This document shows positions 53,739 through 62,716 of a stretch of DNA of 64,000 nucleotides, piece by piece. Where the stretch lies: positions 1 through 64,000 of IMG/VR virus record IMGVR_UViG_3300038393_001263; one strand, written 5' to 3'. This DNA comes from a virus. Its lineage: Duplodnaviria > Caudoviricetes. A program made the translations under genes and the position numbers. The number at the start of each line of letters is the position of its first letter. Within the stretch, counting starts at the first letter, position 1. The notes under the pieces were generated by a model. The model was given only the letters and a program-made list of their open reading frames with translations. It had not been told where the DNA came from and did no database searches.

Positions 53739-53767
53739 TTGACTCTCGCATTTCAAACGGGTAGCAT
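53739..53767 (+). promoter_or_regulatory. Putative sigma70 promoter of the recombination/replication operon
   Basis: TTGACT-N17-TAGCAT; ATCATTGA at 53722 just upstream. Confidence 0.6.
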
Positions 53768-53813
53768 TGGACCCGTGGGAACAATGATGACCGCAAGGGG
53801 ACGGAGACGAGAC

Positions 53814-54059
53814 ATGAGCCACGAGACGGCGAACCTGATGCTCGACGACGACGGCGACGTGTACGTTTTCGTCCCCTGCGGCGAGGAAGAACGGGACATT
53901 GAACGCCTGGGTCATATCGAGAGCGGCCCGCACATTATCCCCGACCACCTGCTCGACGAGTACGAAGAACTGGTCGACGTGTGGCGCGAATGGGAGCGGG
54001 AAGCCAACGGATATTACGCCGGGGTCGACCTTGCATGGAGAACCGCGAAGGGATGCTGA
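53814..54059 (+). CDS. Hypothetical protein
   Basis: GGAG upstream of ATG 53814. Confidence 0.5.
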   Translation: MSHETANLMLDDDGDVYVFVPCGEEERDIERLGHIESGPHIIPDHLLDEYEELVDVWREWEREANGYYAGVDLAWRTAKGC

Positions 54060-54076
54060 AAGTCGGAGGCAGTGCG

Positions 54077-54295
54077 ATGAATTTCGAGGCTTATCGCCGC
54101 GCCAGGAGGATCGAGGCGTTGTTGGACCGGCTCGACCGGCGCGGAAGTCGGTTGATGAACATGGCCATAGAGACCCGTGGAGGACCGGGATACGAGGAGT
54201 GCCTGAACGCCATCAAGATCATCCGTGATCGCTGCATCAAGATCGCCGTTTGTGTGAACCGTTTGTCTCGACCTGTTGCAAAGCGATCCGCGTGA
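54077..54295 (+). CDS. Hypothetical protein
   Basis: GGAGG upstream. Confidence 0.45.
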   Translation: MNFEAYRRARRIEALLDRLDRRGSRLMNMAIETRGGPGYEECLNAIKIIRDRCIKIAVCVNRLSRPVAKRSA

Positions 54296-54347
54296 CATCG
54301 ATTTGAAAGACGCTGAAACCACTAACAAACCCAAGAGGAGAACCACG

Positions 54348-55535
54348 TTGGCATCGACCGAGATTGCATTGAACCCCAGGGTCGTGGGCATGAAGAAATT
54401 CCTCATGTCCCAGGTCGACGAGATCAAAAAGGCGTCGCCGGAATCCCTTTCGCCGATGAAGTTGATCGAGGTCGCGAGCGTCTGCGCCTATCGCAACCCG
54501 ACGCTGCTCGATTGCGAACCGGAGTCGCTGCTGACAGCCGTCTTGCAGGCCACTTCGCTCGGCCTGGACATCAACCCGACGACGGGCGAGGTCTATCTGA
54601 TCCCTCGCAGGAACGGCCGGGCTAATGTCATGGAAGTCCAGTTCCAGCCCGGATATCGCGGCCTCGTGAAGTTGGCTCGCCAGGCGGGCGGAATCAAGTA
54701 CATCCAGGCCGACGTGGTTTATGAGAAAGACGTTTTCGAATACTACCGCGATCCGGACCTGAAGTTCCGCCATGTGCCGTTCCGAGGCGCAGACAAGGGC
54801 GACGTCACCGACGTCTACGCCGTGGCGAAGTTCACCAACGACGAGTATCAGATCGTCGTTTTAGCGAAGGACGAAGTCGAATTGATCCGTGGTCGTTCGC
54901 AGTCGGCCAAGTCCGGCCCTTGGGTCACGGACTGGAACGAGATGGCCAAGAAGTCTGCTCTGAAAAGGCTGTGCAAGACACTGCCGGTCGGAACCAATTC
55001 CAAGGTCGCCGAAGCCTTGGCGCAAGCCATCGACATCGACAACAGCGACTACGACAACAGCGATTCCCATCACGCCAAGAACTTCGACAACAAGACCGGC
55101 AATGGGACCGGCGCATACGCCAGCGCCGAGGACGTGAAGGCGTACGAGGCTTGGTACAAGGAAAAGGTCGCCGAGTTCAACAACAGGTGGATTGCGTTCA
55201 ACACTAAGGCGGACGGCGAGATCGACCCCGAAGCCGGCGAGGTCTTAAACGCCTTCCAGGCCGCGACGCAACTCTATCGCTTCGCTCAATCCACCGGCCT
55301 CATCAACGCTCCCCTCGAACCTCGCGCCGGACAGCGAGACAAGTTCGCGGCCGTCGCCTTCGTCAATGACTTCGACGCGATGGACGCCGAGCTGACGCGG
55401 TTTGCCCGCGAGCAAGCAGCCAAGGCCAAGGCGAAACTCGGCAAGTCCAAGACAGCCGTCGAAGCCCCGAAGCAAGCGGGCGACGATGAGTACGTCGGCG
55501 AAGGGCGCGAGCCGGGGTGCGACGATGACAAGTGA
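54348..55535 (+). CDS. recT: RecT/Redbeta-family single-strand annealing protein
   Basis: LGLDINP..GEVYLIP, QPGYRGLVKLARQAG, VVYEKDVF and PWVTDWNEMAKKSALKRLCKTLP; GAGGAG before TTG. Confidence 0.92.
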   Translation: MASTEIALNPRVVGMKKFLMSQVDEIKKASPESLSPMKLIEVASVCAYRNPTLLDCEPESLLTAVLQATSLGLDINPTTGEVYLIPRRNGRANVMEVQFQPGYRGLVKLARQAGGIKYIQADVVYEKDVFEYYRDPDLKFRHVPFRGADKGDVTDVYAVAKFTNDEYQIVVLAKDEVELIRGRSQSAKSGPWVTDWNEMAKKSALKRLCKTLPVGTNSKVAEALAQAIDIDNSDYDNSDSHHAKNFDNKTGNGTGAYASAEDVKAYEAWYKEKVAEFNNRWIAFNTKADGEIDPEAGEVLNAFQAATQLYRFAQSTGLINAPLEPRAGQRDKFAAVAFVNDFDAMDAELTRFAREQAAKAKAKLGKSKTAVEAPKQAGDDEYVGEGREPGCDDDK

Positions 55536-55764
55536 CAACGACACGATCCTGATCATCAAGGAAGCCGGCGGCGGCCATACGGTCGTCGTCGGTGGGCTCC
55601 ACTACGCCGATGGACTCGCGAAGGACGAATGCCTCGGTGTGGTGGCGTCCGTGCTCTACACCGGCAATGCGCCGTATGTTCGTTCGCCTCGCGACTACGC
55701 CAATGAACTCAAGAGGCGAACGGAACAGATGGCCAAGCCTGAATCATTCGACTTCACGATTTAG
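55525..55764 (+). CDS. Hypothetical protein
   Basis: Overlaps the recT stop. Confidence 0.5.
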   Translation: MTSDNDTILIIKEAGGGHTVVVGGLHYADGLAKDECLGVVASVLYTGNAPYVRSPRDYANELKRRTEQMAKPESFDFTI

Positions 55765-55773
55765 GAGCCGTTC

Positions 55774-56034
55774 ATGGGCAACTGGAAGTGCCGACTCTTC
55801 GGCCATCGAGACATCGACCCGGAAGCGATCTACGATCCGTTCATCTGCAAGTGGTGCGGGGTTTGTGAATACGACGAGGATTGCTTCCAGCCGTGGCACA
55901 TCGAGGTCTATCACCTGACGCGATTCCGTCTGAAGAACTGGCTCAAATCGTGGAAACTGTGGTTTCAACGTTGCCCGGACTGCAAGCGGCGGATCGGGCG
56001 ATGCGACCAGAACATCGATCACATCCCGTTCTAG
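55774..56034 (+). CDS. Cys-rich hypothetical protein
   Basis: AGGAG upstream; CRLFGH, CKWC and CPDC. Confidence 0.55.
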   Translation: MGNWKCRLFGHRDIDPEAIYDPFICKWCGVCEYDEDCFQPWHIEVYHLTRFRLKNWLKSWKLWFQRCPDCKRRIGRCDQNIDHIPF

Positions 56035-56042
56035 GAATTCAC

Positions 56043-56384
56043 ATGATTGACATTACGAAACTCAGGCCAGGCGATCGCATTATGTGGCCCACTACTGCCG
56101 CAGCGGTCCAGGGCCTCAAGCCTGGCGATGTGTTTACGGTCGACGATCCTCCGACGAAGTTGATTGCCGGGATGAGGATCGCGGTTCGCGGGATTGACGT
56201 CGATGGAGCGTCAATCCTGATTGATCCAACGCACTTCGTTCTATGCTCCGAGTCGGATTCCTCGTTTGCCGACGGCCGAATTGAGAAAGGCCCATCATCG
56301 TGTTTCTGCGATCTCATGTCCCTCATGCGAGTCGGCTGCCAGTGCGGCCATATGGCGCGGGAAAGGGAGGCGAGACTTGGTTGA
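56043..56384 (+). CDS. Hypothetical protein (paralog of 56377..56619)
   Basis: IDITKLRPGD...VFTVDDPPT. Confidence 0.55.
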   Translation: MIDITKLRPGDRIMWPTTAAAVQGLKPGDVFTVDDPPTKLIAGMRIAVRGIDVDGASILIDPTHFVLCSESDSSFADGRIEKGPSSCFCDLMSLMRVGCQCGHMAREREARLG

Positions 56385-56619
56385 TCTCGAAACCATCAGG
56401 CCGGGCGACCACGTTGCGGCGATCGTCCACGAGAAAAGCGTCTGTTACGCCGATTGCGACGGCCACCAATTCACCATCCAAAACGGCGAGGTCTTTGTCG
56501 TCGCCGATCCGCCGACTGACAATCGGAGAAGGCACGCAAGGCTTATCGACGACCGTTCGCCGCGCGGATACTTCCTGTCCGCCCCTCATCACCTGAACCG
56601 CATGGAGCCTGCTGAATGA
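56377..56619 (+). CDS. Hypothetical protein
   Basis: GGGAGG before TTG; VDLETIRPGD...VFVVADPPT. Confidence 0.55.
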   Translation: MVDLETIRPGDHVAAIVHEKSVCYADCDGHQFTIQNGEVFVVADPPTDNRRRHARLIDDRSPRGYFLSAPHHLNRMEPAE

Positions 56620-56906
56620 ACGACATCTGCGAACCTCCGTTTGAGACGGCAGAGGAGTCATTCTTAGAGCCTATCTGGGGGCCATATCAACACACTGACA
56701 ACGAACTCCGCTTGATGTGGTCCTTGCTGTGGGTTCAATTCAAGAGCAGGAAGATGTGCCGGGAGTTTATGCATTACAACCGACTCTGCACGATCCCAGA
56801 ATGGCGAGAAGCGTTATCGATCGCCGCTTCGCAAAACCCTGATTTCTCCAGCCTGAGATACGTCGTGAGGATCGCACAGAACAGGCGATGGGAGGCGAGG
56901 CGATGA
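56616..56906 (+). CDS. Hypothetical protein (paralog of the N-terminus of 57258..57785)
   Basis: EPPF...NELRLMWS...F..R..C motif. Confidence 0.6.
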   Translation: MNDICEPPFETAEESFLEPIWGPYQHTDNELRLMWSLLWVQFKSRKMCREFMHYNRLCTIPEWREALSIAASQNPDFSSLRYVVRIAQNRRWEARR

Positions 56907-57187
56907 AACGCGACACGTCGACTCCTCTCTTCTCGCTCATCGACCACCTTCCCGCGACGGACCCGAACGTTGCGACCGACGCCCGACGACGATTGTCGGG
57001 CCAAAACAAGAAAATCCTCGATCGACTCAAGGAAGGCCCCGTGCGCCTTCGCGAGTTGTGCTCGATCGCCGCCAAGTACACCAGCCGGATCAGCGATCTT
57101 CGCAAGGCCGGTTGTGTAATCGAGTGCAAGCCTCAGCCCGACGGCAACTCGATCTACACGCTCGTCAGCAGTCCGTCTTACCTCTAA
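56903..57187 (+). CDS. Winged-helix DNA-binding protein
   Basis: QNKKILDRLKEGP..LREL...KYTSRISDLRKAGCVIE. Confidence 0.75.
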   Translation: MKRDTSTPLFSLIDHLPATDPNVATDARRRLSGQNKKILDRLKEGPVRLRELCSIAAKYTSRISDLRKAGCVIECKPQPDGNSIYTLVSSPSYL

Positions 57188-57257
57188 GCCTTCCTCGTGC
57201 ATTCATCCCGATCCCACATCAAGCCCCGCTCACACGGGGCTACGGGGGCGCATTGTC

Positions 57258-57785
57258 ATGTCGGCAGTATTGAAGCCGAAAACCATCCCCATTCGCGCCG
57301 TCGAGCCTTTGCCCGACGAGCCGCCGTTCATCACCGACGCGGAGCGGTTCTACCCTCCGGTCTCCGGGAAGTACGCGCATGACGAATCCGAACTGAGGAC
57401 GATGTGGTCACGCATCTGGCGATGCTTTCGCAACCGCAGGTTATGCGAGGGATTCCTGGACAGATGCCAACTCCATTCGATGGAGATTTGGGCGCAGGCG
57501 TTCGAGTATGTCCGCCAGAGGAAAGATCCGGGGTTCGAGATCATCGCCTACATCGATGCGATCGCCTACGGGTTCGAGCGGGAAGGCACGCCCGAACAGA
57601 AGGCCATAAAGAAGGCCGAGATGGAGGAGCAGGCCAGGAAGGCGGTTGGACCCCAGGTCATCGACCCCGAAGATCCCGACATCAAGGCGTTCGAGAAGCG
57701 GTACAACACGATGACGCAGGAAACCATAGCCGAGAACCCGGTCTTCCTTCGTTACAAGAATCGCAACCGAGGCGTCAGCGAGTGA
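57258..57785 (+). CDS. Putative replication initiator/helicase-loader-like protein
   Basis: Immediately upstream of dnaB; helical domain; assignment from position only. Confidence 0.45.
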   Translation: MSAVLKPKTIPIRAVEPLPDEPPFITDAERFYPPVSGKYAHDESELRTMWSRIWRCFRNRRLCEGFLDRCQLHSMEIWAQAFEYVRQRKDPGFEIIAYIDAIAYGFEREGTPEQKAIKKAEMEEQARKAVGPQVIDPEDPDIKAFEKRYNTMTQETIAENPVFLRYKNRNRGVSE

Positions 57786-57792
57786 GCGAGCA

Positions 57793-59244
57793 ATGTCTTT
57801 CGATCGGCCTCGGTATGGAGTCGTGCGCGATGAACGGAAAGATGATCTACGCAACGAAGCCGACCGGCTTCCGCCCCAGAACCTCGAAGCCGAGCGGTGC
57901 GTCCTCGGCGCGATCATGCTCGACAACAACGTCTTCGACGACGTAATCGACCACATCAAGGGGCCAGACGATTTCTATCGCAAGGCCCATAAGGTCGTTT
58001 ACGAGCAGATGCTCTGGATGCGCGAGAACGGCAGGGCGATCGACGCCGTCACGCTCCCCGACAGGCTGACCCAACTCGGCGAGTACGAACGCATCGGGGG
58101 CGATGAACTCCTCGCGGAGATATCCAACAGCGTCCCCCACGCCGCTAACGCGCGATATCACGCCGACATCGTCCGCCAAAAATCGGTCAGCCGCCAACTG
58201 ATCCAGATGGCGACTGAAATCATCAAGGACGGTTATTCCAATGCCTACGCATCGGATGAACTCCTGGACAACGCCGAGAAGCGCGTCTTTTCGATCCGCG
58301 ACAAGCAGGTTTCCAGGGGGACGGTGGGGATTATGCAGGCGGTCGACGAAGCATTGTTGATGATGGACAAGGTCAAGAACAGCGGCGAGGTCAACTGGCT
58401 GCTGACCGGGATACCACCGCTCGACAAGATCCTCATGGGTCTCCACGGCGGTCAGCTCATCATCATGGCGGGTCGGCCCGGCGCGGGGAAGAGTGCGTTC
58501 GCGGCCCAGGTTTGCGCCCATATCGCCGGGGGCCAGCACGAGAGCACGCTCCTGATCAGCCTGGAAATGCTGAACGTCGAGTTCGCTCGACGGATGATCG
58601 CGGCCGGCGCGGGCATCAACTCGAAGGTGATGAAGAGTCCCAAGAAGTTGAGCGACGCGCAGGCCGAGAAGATCAACGAAGCCGCCGGAAAGGTGGCGAT
58701 CACCAGGCTTCGCATCGACGACACGCCGGGACAGAGCCTTATGCAGATCGCCGCGAACGCACGGCGATGGAAGCGCAAGGACAACCTCGGCCTTCTCGTT
58801 GTCGACTACCTCCAGAAGATCAAGGAGCCCATGCAGAAGGGCGAGGGCCGCCATACGGTCGTCGGTCGGATCTCCACCGGCCTCAAGAATCTCGCCAAGG
58901 AACTCAACATCCCGATCATCGCGCTGGCTCAGTTGAACCGCGACATGGAGAAGGACAAGCGGGCTCCGCAGATGTCCGACATCAGGGAGAGCGGTGATAT
59001 CGAGGCCGACGCGGACGTCATCCTCCTGCTCCACAACCGCACGCCGAAAGGTCAAGAGGTCGGCCCCGTCGACATCATCGTGGCCAAGAACCGCGACGGC
59101 GAGGAAGGCATCGTCGGCACGATCTTCGACCGACCGACAAGCACGTTCACGGCCATTGCGGCGTCGGGCCAGCAAGAGGCCGCCAGCCACAATCCTATCC
59201 TGGATTCCGGGTTCGACGACAACGGCGAGTTTGCATTCCTATGA
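57793..59244 (+). CDS. dnaB: Replicative DNA helicase DnaB
   Basis: PPQNLEAERCVLG, Walker A AGRPGAGKS, VVDYLQ, ALAQLNR, SDIRESGDIEADAD and IVAKNRDG. Confidence 0.96.
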   Translation: MSFDRPRYGVVRDERKDDLRNEADRLPPQNLEAERCVLGAIMLDNNVFDDVIDHIKGPDDFYRKAHKVVYEQMLWMRENGRAIDAVTLPDRLTQLGEYERIGGDELLAEISNSVPHAANARYHADIVRQKSVSRQLIQMATEIIKDGYSNAYASDELLDNAEKRVFSIRDKQVSRGTVGIMQAVDEALLMMDKVKNSGEVNWLLTGIPPLDKILMGLHGGQLIIMAGRPGAGKSAFAAQVCAHIAGGQHESTLLISLEMLNVEFARRMIAAGAGINSKVMKSPKKLSDAQAEKINEAAGKVAITRLRIDDTPGQSLMQIAANARRWKRKDNLGLLVVDYLQKIKEPMQKGEGRHTVVGRISTGLKNLAKELNIPIIALAQLNRDMEKDKRAPQMSDIRESGDIEADADVILLLHNRTPKGQEVGPVDIIVAKNRDGEEGIVGTIFDRPTSTFTAIAASGQQEAASHNPILDSGFDDNGEFAFL

Positions 59245-59807
59245 AAACAACCAAGGCGAAGAAGCCGAAGAAGAAGCCGACGTACGCCCCCCTGCCCTGC
59301 GGCACCGTCCTGATGGCGTTGGACGTGTCGTCCAGCGTCACGGGTTGGGCGGTCGGCCTCATCACCGAAAACCGGCGCGTCGAGCACGTCGAGTTCGGCC
59401 TCCTCAAGCCGACTCAGTCGTGGCCGTCGACCAGGCGGATCGACTGGATGCGGGAGGAGATCCTGCGTCTCATCATGGATCACGAGCCGACCGCCGGCTG
59501 CCTCGAATGGCAGTCGCACAAGCGGACGCACGTTTCCGTTCAGGGACTTGCCGTGCTCGGACAAAGCCAGGGAATCTTGTTCGCCGCGATGTCGGATTGC
59601 ATCCCGACGGACAGGGTCAGCGAACGCGAGTGGACCAAGACCAACGGCCGCAACATCTCGAAGGCGTCGAGATGCGAGTACGTCAAGGCCGTCGTCCCCG
59701 AGTACCTCCGGCGCACGGAGGACGACCCCGGTTTCGACATCGGCAAAGACGCCGCTGACGCGCTCGGCCTCTTATTATGGAGAGCCAACGTCGGCGAGTC
59801 GAGTTGA
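59241..59807 (+). CDS. RuvC-like Holliday junction resolvase
   Basis: MALDVSSSVTGWAV, CLEWQ and DAADALGL. Confidence 0.8.
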   Translation: MKTTKAKKPKKKPTYAPLPCGTVLMALDVSSSVTGWAVGLITENRRVEHVEFGLLKPTQSWPSTRRIDWMREEILRLIMDHEPTAGCLEWQSHKRTHVSVQGLAVLGQSQGILFAAMSDCIPTDRVSEREWTKTNGRNISKASRCEYVKAVVPEYLRRTEDDPGFDIGKDAADALGLLLWRANVGESS

Positions 59808-59886
59808 AACCAAGAAACACCAATGATCGAAAGGCACGATCAATGCTGCCGAAATCGGACTGGTTCTTTGACACAAGGGGCACGAC

Positions 59887-60393
59887 ATGAAACCGACGAA
59901 GGATTCCCGATCCACCCTCTACGACGCACATTGCCAGGAACTCACGCCAGCCAACCGCAGCCAATACCGCCAGGTCGCCGCGATCGACAAGGCGAGCGGC
60001 GTCAGGACGACGACATTCCAGGAATACAAGGACGAACTGCGCAAGCAGGGCAACATCGGCATCGCCATCAGCCTGGACGGCGAGATCGTCGGCTACGCGA
60101 TGGTACGGCTGACCTCGATCAAGGTGACGCTCAATCACATGGTCGTCGCGCCGGAATACCGCCGGCGCAACGTCGCCCGCATGCTGCTGCGGTGCATCGA
60201 CGAGAAGCTTCTGAAGGCGAAACGCGTACTGGAGTTCGTCGTTCGCGAGGACGACATGGACTCGCTGATGTTCCTGAAGGCGTGCGGGATCGAGGCGACG
60301 GGCGAGGTGTTGCCGGGGGTTGAGCGAGACAGTTTTGTGTTTGTCACGCGCGGTGGATTTAGCAAAGGGTTTCCCGAGTTCAAAGGAGAGTGA
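59887..60393 (+). CDS. GNAT (RimI-like) acetyltransferase
   Basis: GEIVGYA, MVVAPEYRRRNVARMLL and FLKACG. Confidence 0.85.
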   Translation: MKPTKDSRSTLYDAHCQELTPANRSQYRQVAAIDKASGVRTTTFQEYKDELRKQGNIGIAISLDGEIVGYAMVRLTSIKVTLNHMVVAPEYRRRNVARMLLRCIDEKLLKAKRVLEFVVREDDMDSLMFLKACGIEATGEVLPGVERDSFVFVTRGGFSKGFPEFKGE

Positions 60394-60395
60394 GT

Positions 60396-60602
60396 ATGGG
60401 CGTCAAGCGAGAGGTCGGCGCGGCGGAACAGGTTCGGATCATGTCCGACACGTACGAACTGCCGTGCGTCACGGTGGCGAGCGGGCATTGGCAGGACGGC
60501 GACCGCGTGAAGTCGCGGGATATGCGCGATCTGGCGAATGTGTGGGCCGAGATCAGGGTTCTGGCCGAGAATTTCGACTTCAATTCGCGATTGAATCAAT
60601 GA
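60396..60602 (+). CDS. Hypothetical protein
   Basis: AGGAG upstream. Confidence 0.4.
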   Translation: MGVKREVGAAEQVRIMSDTYELPCVTVASGHWQDGDRVKSRDMRDLANVWAEIRVLAENFDFNSRLNQ

Positions 60603-60686
60603 TAAATGGTCTTGAAATGGAAGACGACCCTCGTCATAATGGCGAGGGTTGTTTCATTGATGGAGATTCAAGAGCAAGGAGGTTCG

Positions 60687-60866
60687 ATGCTGGTTCTGAG
60701 CAGGCGTGAGCAAGAGGCGATTGTCATCGCTGGGTCGATCGTCGTGAAGGTCTTGGAAGTGCGCTGCGGCGTCGTCCGACTGGGCATCGTCGCGGACAAG
60801 GATATCTCGGTCCACCGCGAGGAGATCGAGGAGAAGATCGTAAGGGAAAGGAGAATGTTGGATTGA
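60687..60866 (+). CDS. csrA: Carbon storage regulator CsrA/RsmA
   Basis: MLVLSRR..EAIVI...IVVKVL....VRLGI.A...ISVHREEI; AGGAGG ribosome-binding site. Confidence 0.93.
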   Translation: MLVLSRREQEAIVIAGSIVVKVLEVRCGVVRLGIVADKDISVHREEIEEKIVRERRMLD

Positions 60867-61708
60867 GCGAGTCGAGTTCGGCGTCGCGATCAAGACCCCT
60901 GATCGACTTGGAAATCCCGGAGCATGCATACTTCTTCGGGTTCATATCCGGGGATGGCCATTTGTGCCAAGGGGTCGGGCGTAAAGGCAACCTCTCCATA
61001 GAAATCGCCGCACGCGATCGGCCTTTACTGGAACGTTTCGCGGATCTGTTTCCGGTGAACAGCCGACTCAGCGAAAGGACGCGAGACACAAACTTCAAAA
61101 GAGCGCACACCTCATGTTGCCTGACGATCTGCGCGGTTGAGTTTCGCGAGAAACTCATCGAACTAGGACTGCCGCATAGCAAGAAATCGGAAACAGTGGG
61201 AATTCCGAATGCGAACTTCTCCGAGATCGATTTCTACCGAGGATTGATCGATGCGGATGGCTCTCTCGGGATGTCCAAGGAGGGTCGGCCATTCTTGACG
61301 CTGACGACGTCAAGCGACTCAATCGCCAGCCACTACAAGGAGTTTCTGCAAGGGATCACCGGAAAGCCCAGTAACACGAACAGGAACAAGCGAGACAATG
61401 TTTTCAACATCATGGTATGGCGAAATGACGCCAAGACGGCTGCCGAGCGTCTTTACTACAATGGTTGCTTGGCGTTACCGAGGAAACGCCTGATGGCTCA
61501 AACCATCAAGGAGTGGGTCAAGCCAAAAAGAGAACCTCAAGGCTCATATCCAAAGTGGACAGCCCAAGAGGATTCGATTCTGTCATCGAATTCGCTGCTG
61601 GATTGCCAACAGATGATGTCCCATAGAACGCCCGCTGCGGTGCGGCTTCGGCATTACAAGTTGAGGCGTGCTGCGTACAAGGATATCAAGGATCCTTATA
61701 AGGACTGA
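60863..61708 (+). CDS. Free-standing double-motif LAGLIDADG endonuclease
   Basis: YFFGFISGDGHL and FYRGLIDADGSL; C-terminal WTAQEDSIL (Myb-like); lower GC. Confidence 0.85.
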   Translation: MSESSSASRSRPLIDLEIPEHAYFFGFISGDGHLCQGVGRKGNLSIEIAARDRPLLERFADLFPVNSRLSERTRDTNFKRAHTSCCLTICAVEFREKLIELGLPHSKKSETVGIPNANFSEIDFYRGLIDADGSLGMSKEGRPFLTLTTSSDSIASHYKEFLQGITGKPSNTNRNKRDNVFNIMVWRNDAKTAAERLYYNGCLALPRKRLMAQTIKEWVKPKREPQGSYPKWTAQEDSILSSNSLLDCQQMMSHRTPAAVRLRHYKLRRAAYKDIKDPYKD

Positions 61709-61911
61709 GCCATCATCCGTCAACCAATCCTCGGTCGCCTGGCCCGCCTGCATTACGCCGCGAAGAAGGTTCCGTTCTTCCCGCACCACGGGAAGGTCGG
61801 CCGCATCGTCATCGTGTCGCGCGGCAAGGGGCCGAGGAATGTGGGCGTGTTGATCGAGGGAAGGATCGTTTGCGTGGGCAGGGGGAATCTCGTGGCGGTG
61901 GAGGAAGAGGT

Positions 61912-62709
61912 GTGAGTCATCTGTTCGCGAAGGCTGACGCATGTCGTTTGCCCCTGGAATCAGGAAGCGTCGACCTGATCATCGGCTCGCCGCCGTACAT
62001 GGATCGCCGAACCTATGGCATCGGTGCGACGCGCCAGTGTGAGGATTGGGTCTCGTGGATGCTCGACGTGACCGAGGAAGCCTTACGCGTCACGAAGGGC
62101 GCGGTGATCTGGATCGTCGGCGGATCCACGAAGAAGCGTCGGTATCAGCCCGGCCCGGAAATGTTGCTCGCGGACGGATGGAGGCGCGGCTGGGGCATGG
62201 AAGCCCCCTGTTATTGGCATCGCTTCGGCATCAGCGGGTCGGGCGGTGATCAGTGGTTCCGCAAGAACATCGAATACTGCCTGTGTTTCAAGGCGGTCGA
62301 CAAACTGCCGTGGTCGGACAATCTCGCTCGCGGCCACGCTCCGAAGTGCAAGCCGGGCGGCGCGGTGTCGCATCGCAAGGTCGACGGATCGCGCGTCGCC
62401 AACGGCAAGCGGATTGAAGTGAAGATCGCCAATCCGGGGAATCTGATCAACACGGGAGCGAGCGGAGGCGGGAACATCGGCGACCAACTCGCGCACGACA
62501 ACGAAGCGCCGTTCCCAGAAGAGTTGGTGGATTTCTTCATCGCTTCGCTGTGCCCTCCGGGCGGAATCGTGTGTGATCCATTCAGCGGAAGTTTTACGAC
62601 GACAAAAGTTGCTGTAGGTCTTGGTCGCAAGAGTATTGGTTTCGACATCAGGCTTAGTCAGTGCGAACTCGGCAAGCGAAGGATGTCGACGTTTGCCGCC
62701 GTATCTTGA
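61912..62709 (+). CDS. Beta-class amino-DNA methyltransferase (N4C/N6A)
   Basis: Motif IV GSPPY before motif I DPFSGSFTT; NEAPFPEELV; GAGG before GTG. Confidence 0.88.
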   Translation: MSHLFAKADACRLPLESGSVDLIIGSPPYMDRRTYGIGATRQCEDWVSWMLDVTEEALRVTKGAVIWIVGGSTKKRRYQPGPEMLLADGWRRGWGMEAPCYWHRFGISGSGGDQWFRKNIEYCLCFKAVDKLPWSDNLARGHAPKCKPGGAVSHRKVDGSRVANGKRIEVKIANPGNLINTGASGGGNIGDQLAHDNEAPFPEELVDFFIASLCPPGGIVCDPFSGSFTTTKVAVGLGRKSIGFDIRLSQCELGKRRMSTFAAVS

Positions 62710-62716
62710 GGTCCAA

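Noticed and set aside
54348-55535. RecE/YqaJ exonuclease partner for RecT
   Set aside because: No neighbouring ORF shows exonuclease motifs; a partner may lie outside the window.
20778-59190. Long antisense or alternate-frame ORFs (e.g. 20778..22313 -, 26455..27726 -, 33617..35119 -, 35820..37382 -, 48271..50109 -, 57847..59190 -)
   Set aside because: They are shadows of real genes in high-GC DNA, Arg/Gly/Val-rich and without motifs.
60863-61708. LAGLIDADG gene as an intein or intron-encoded ORF
   Set aside because: There are no splicing motifs or flanking extein frame, and I recognised no group I intron core.
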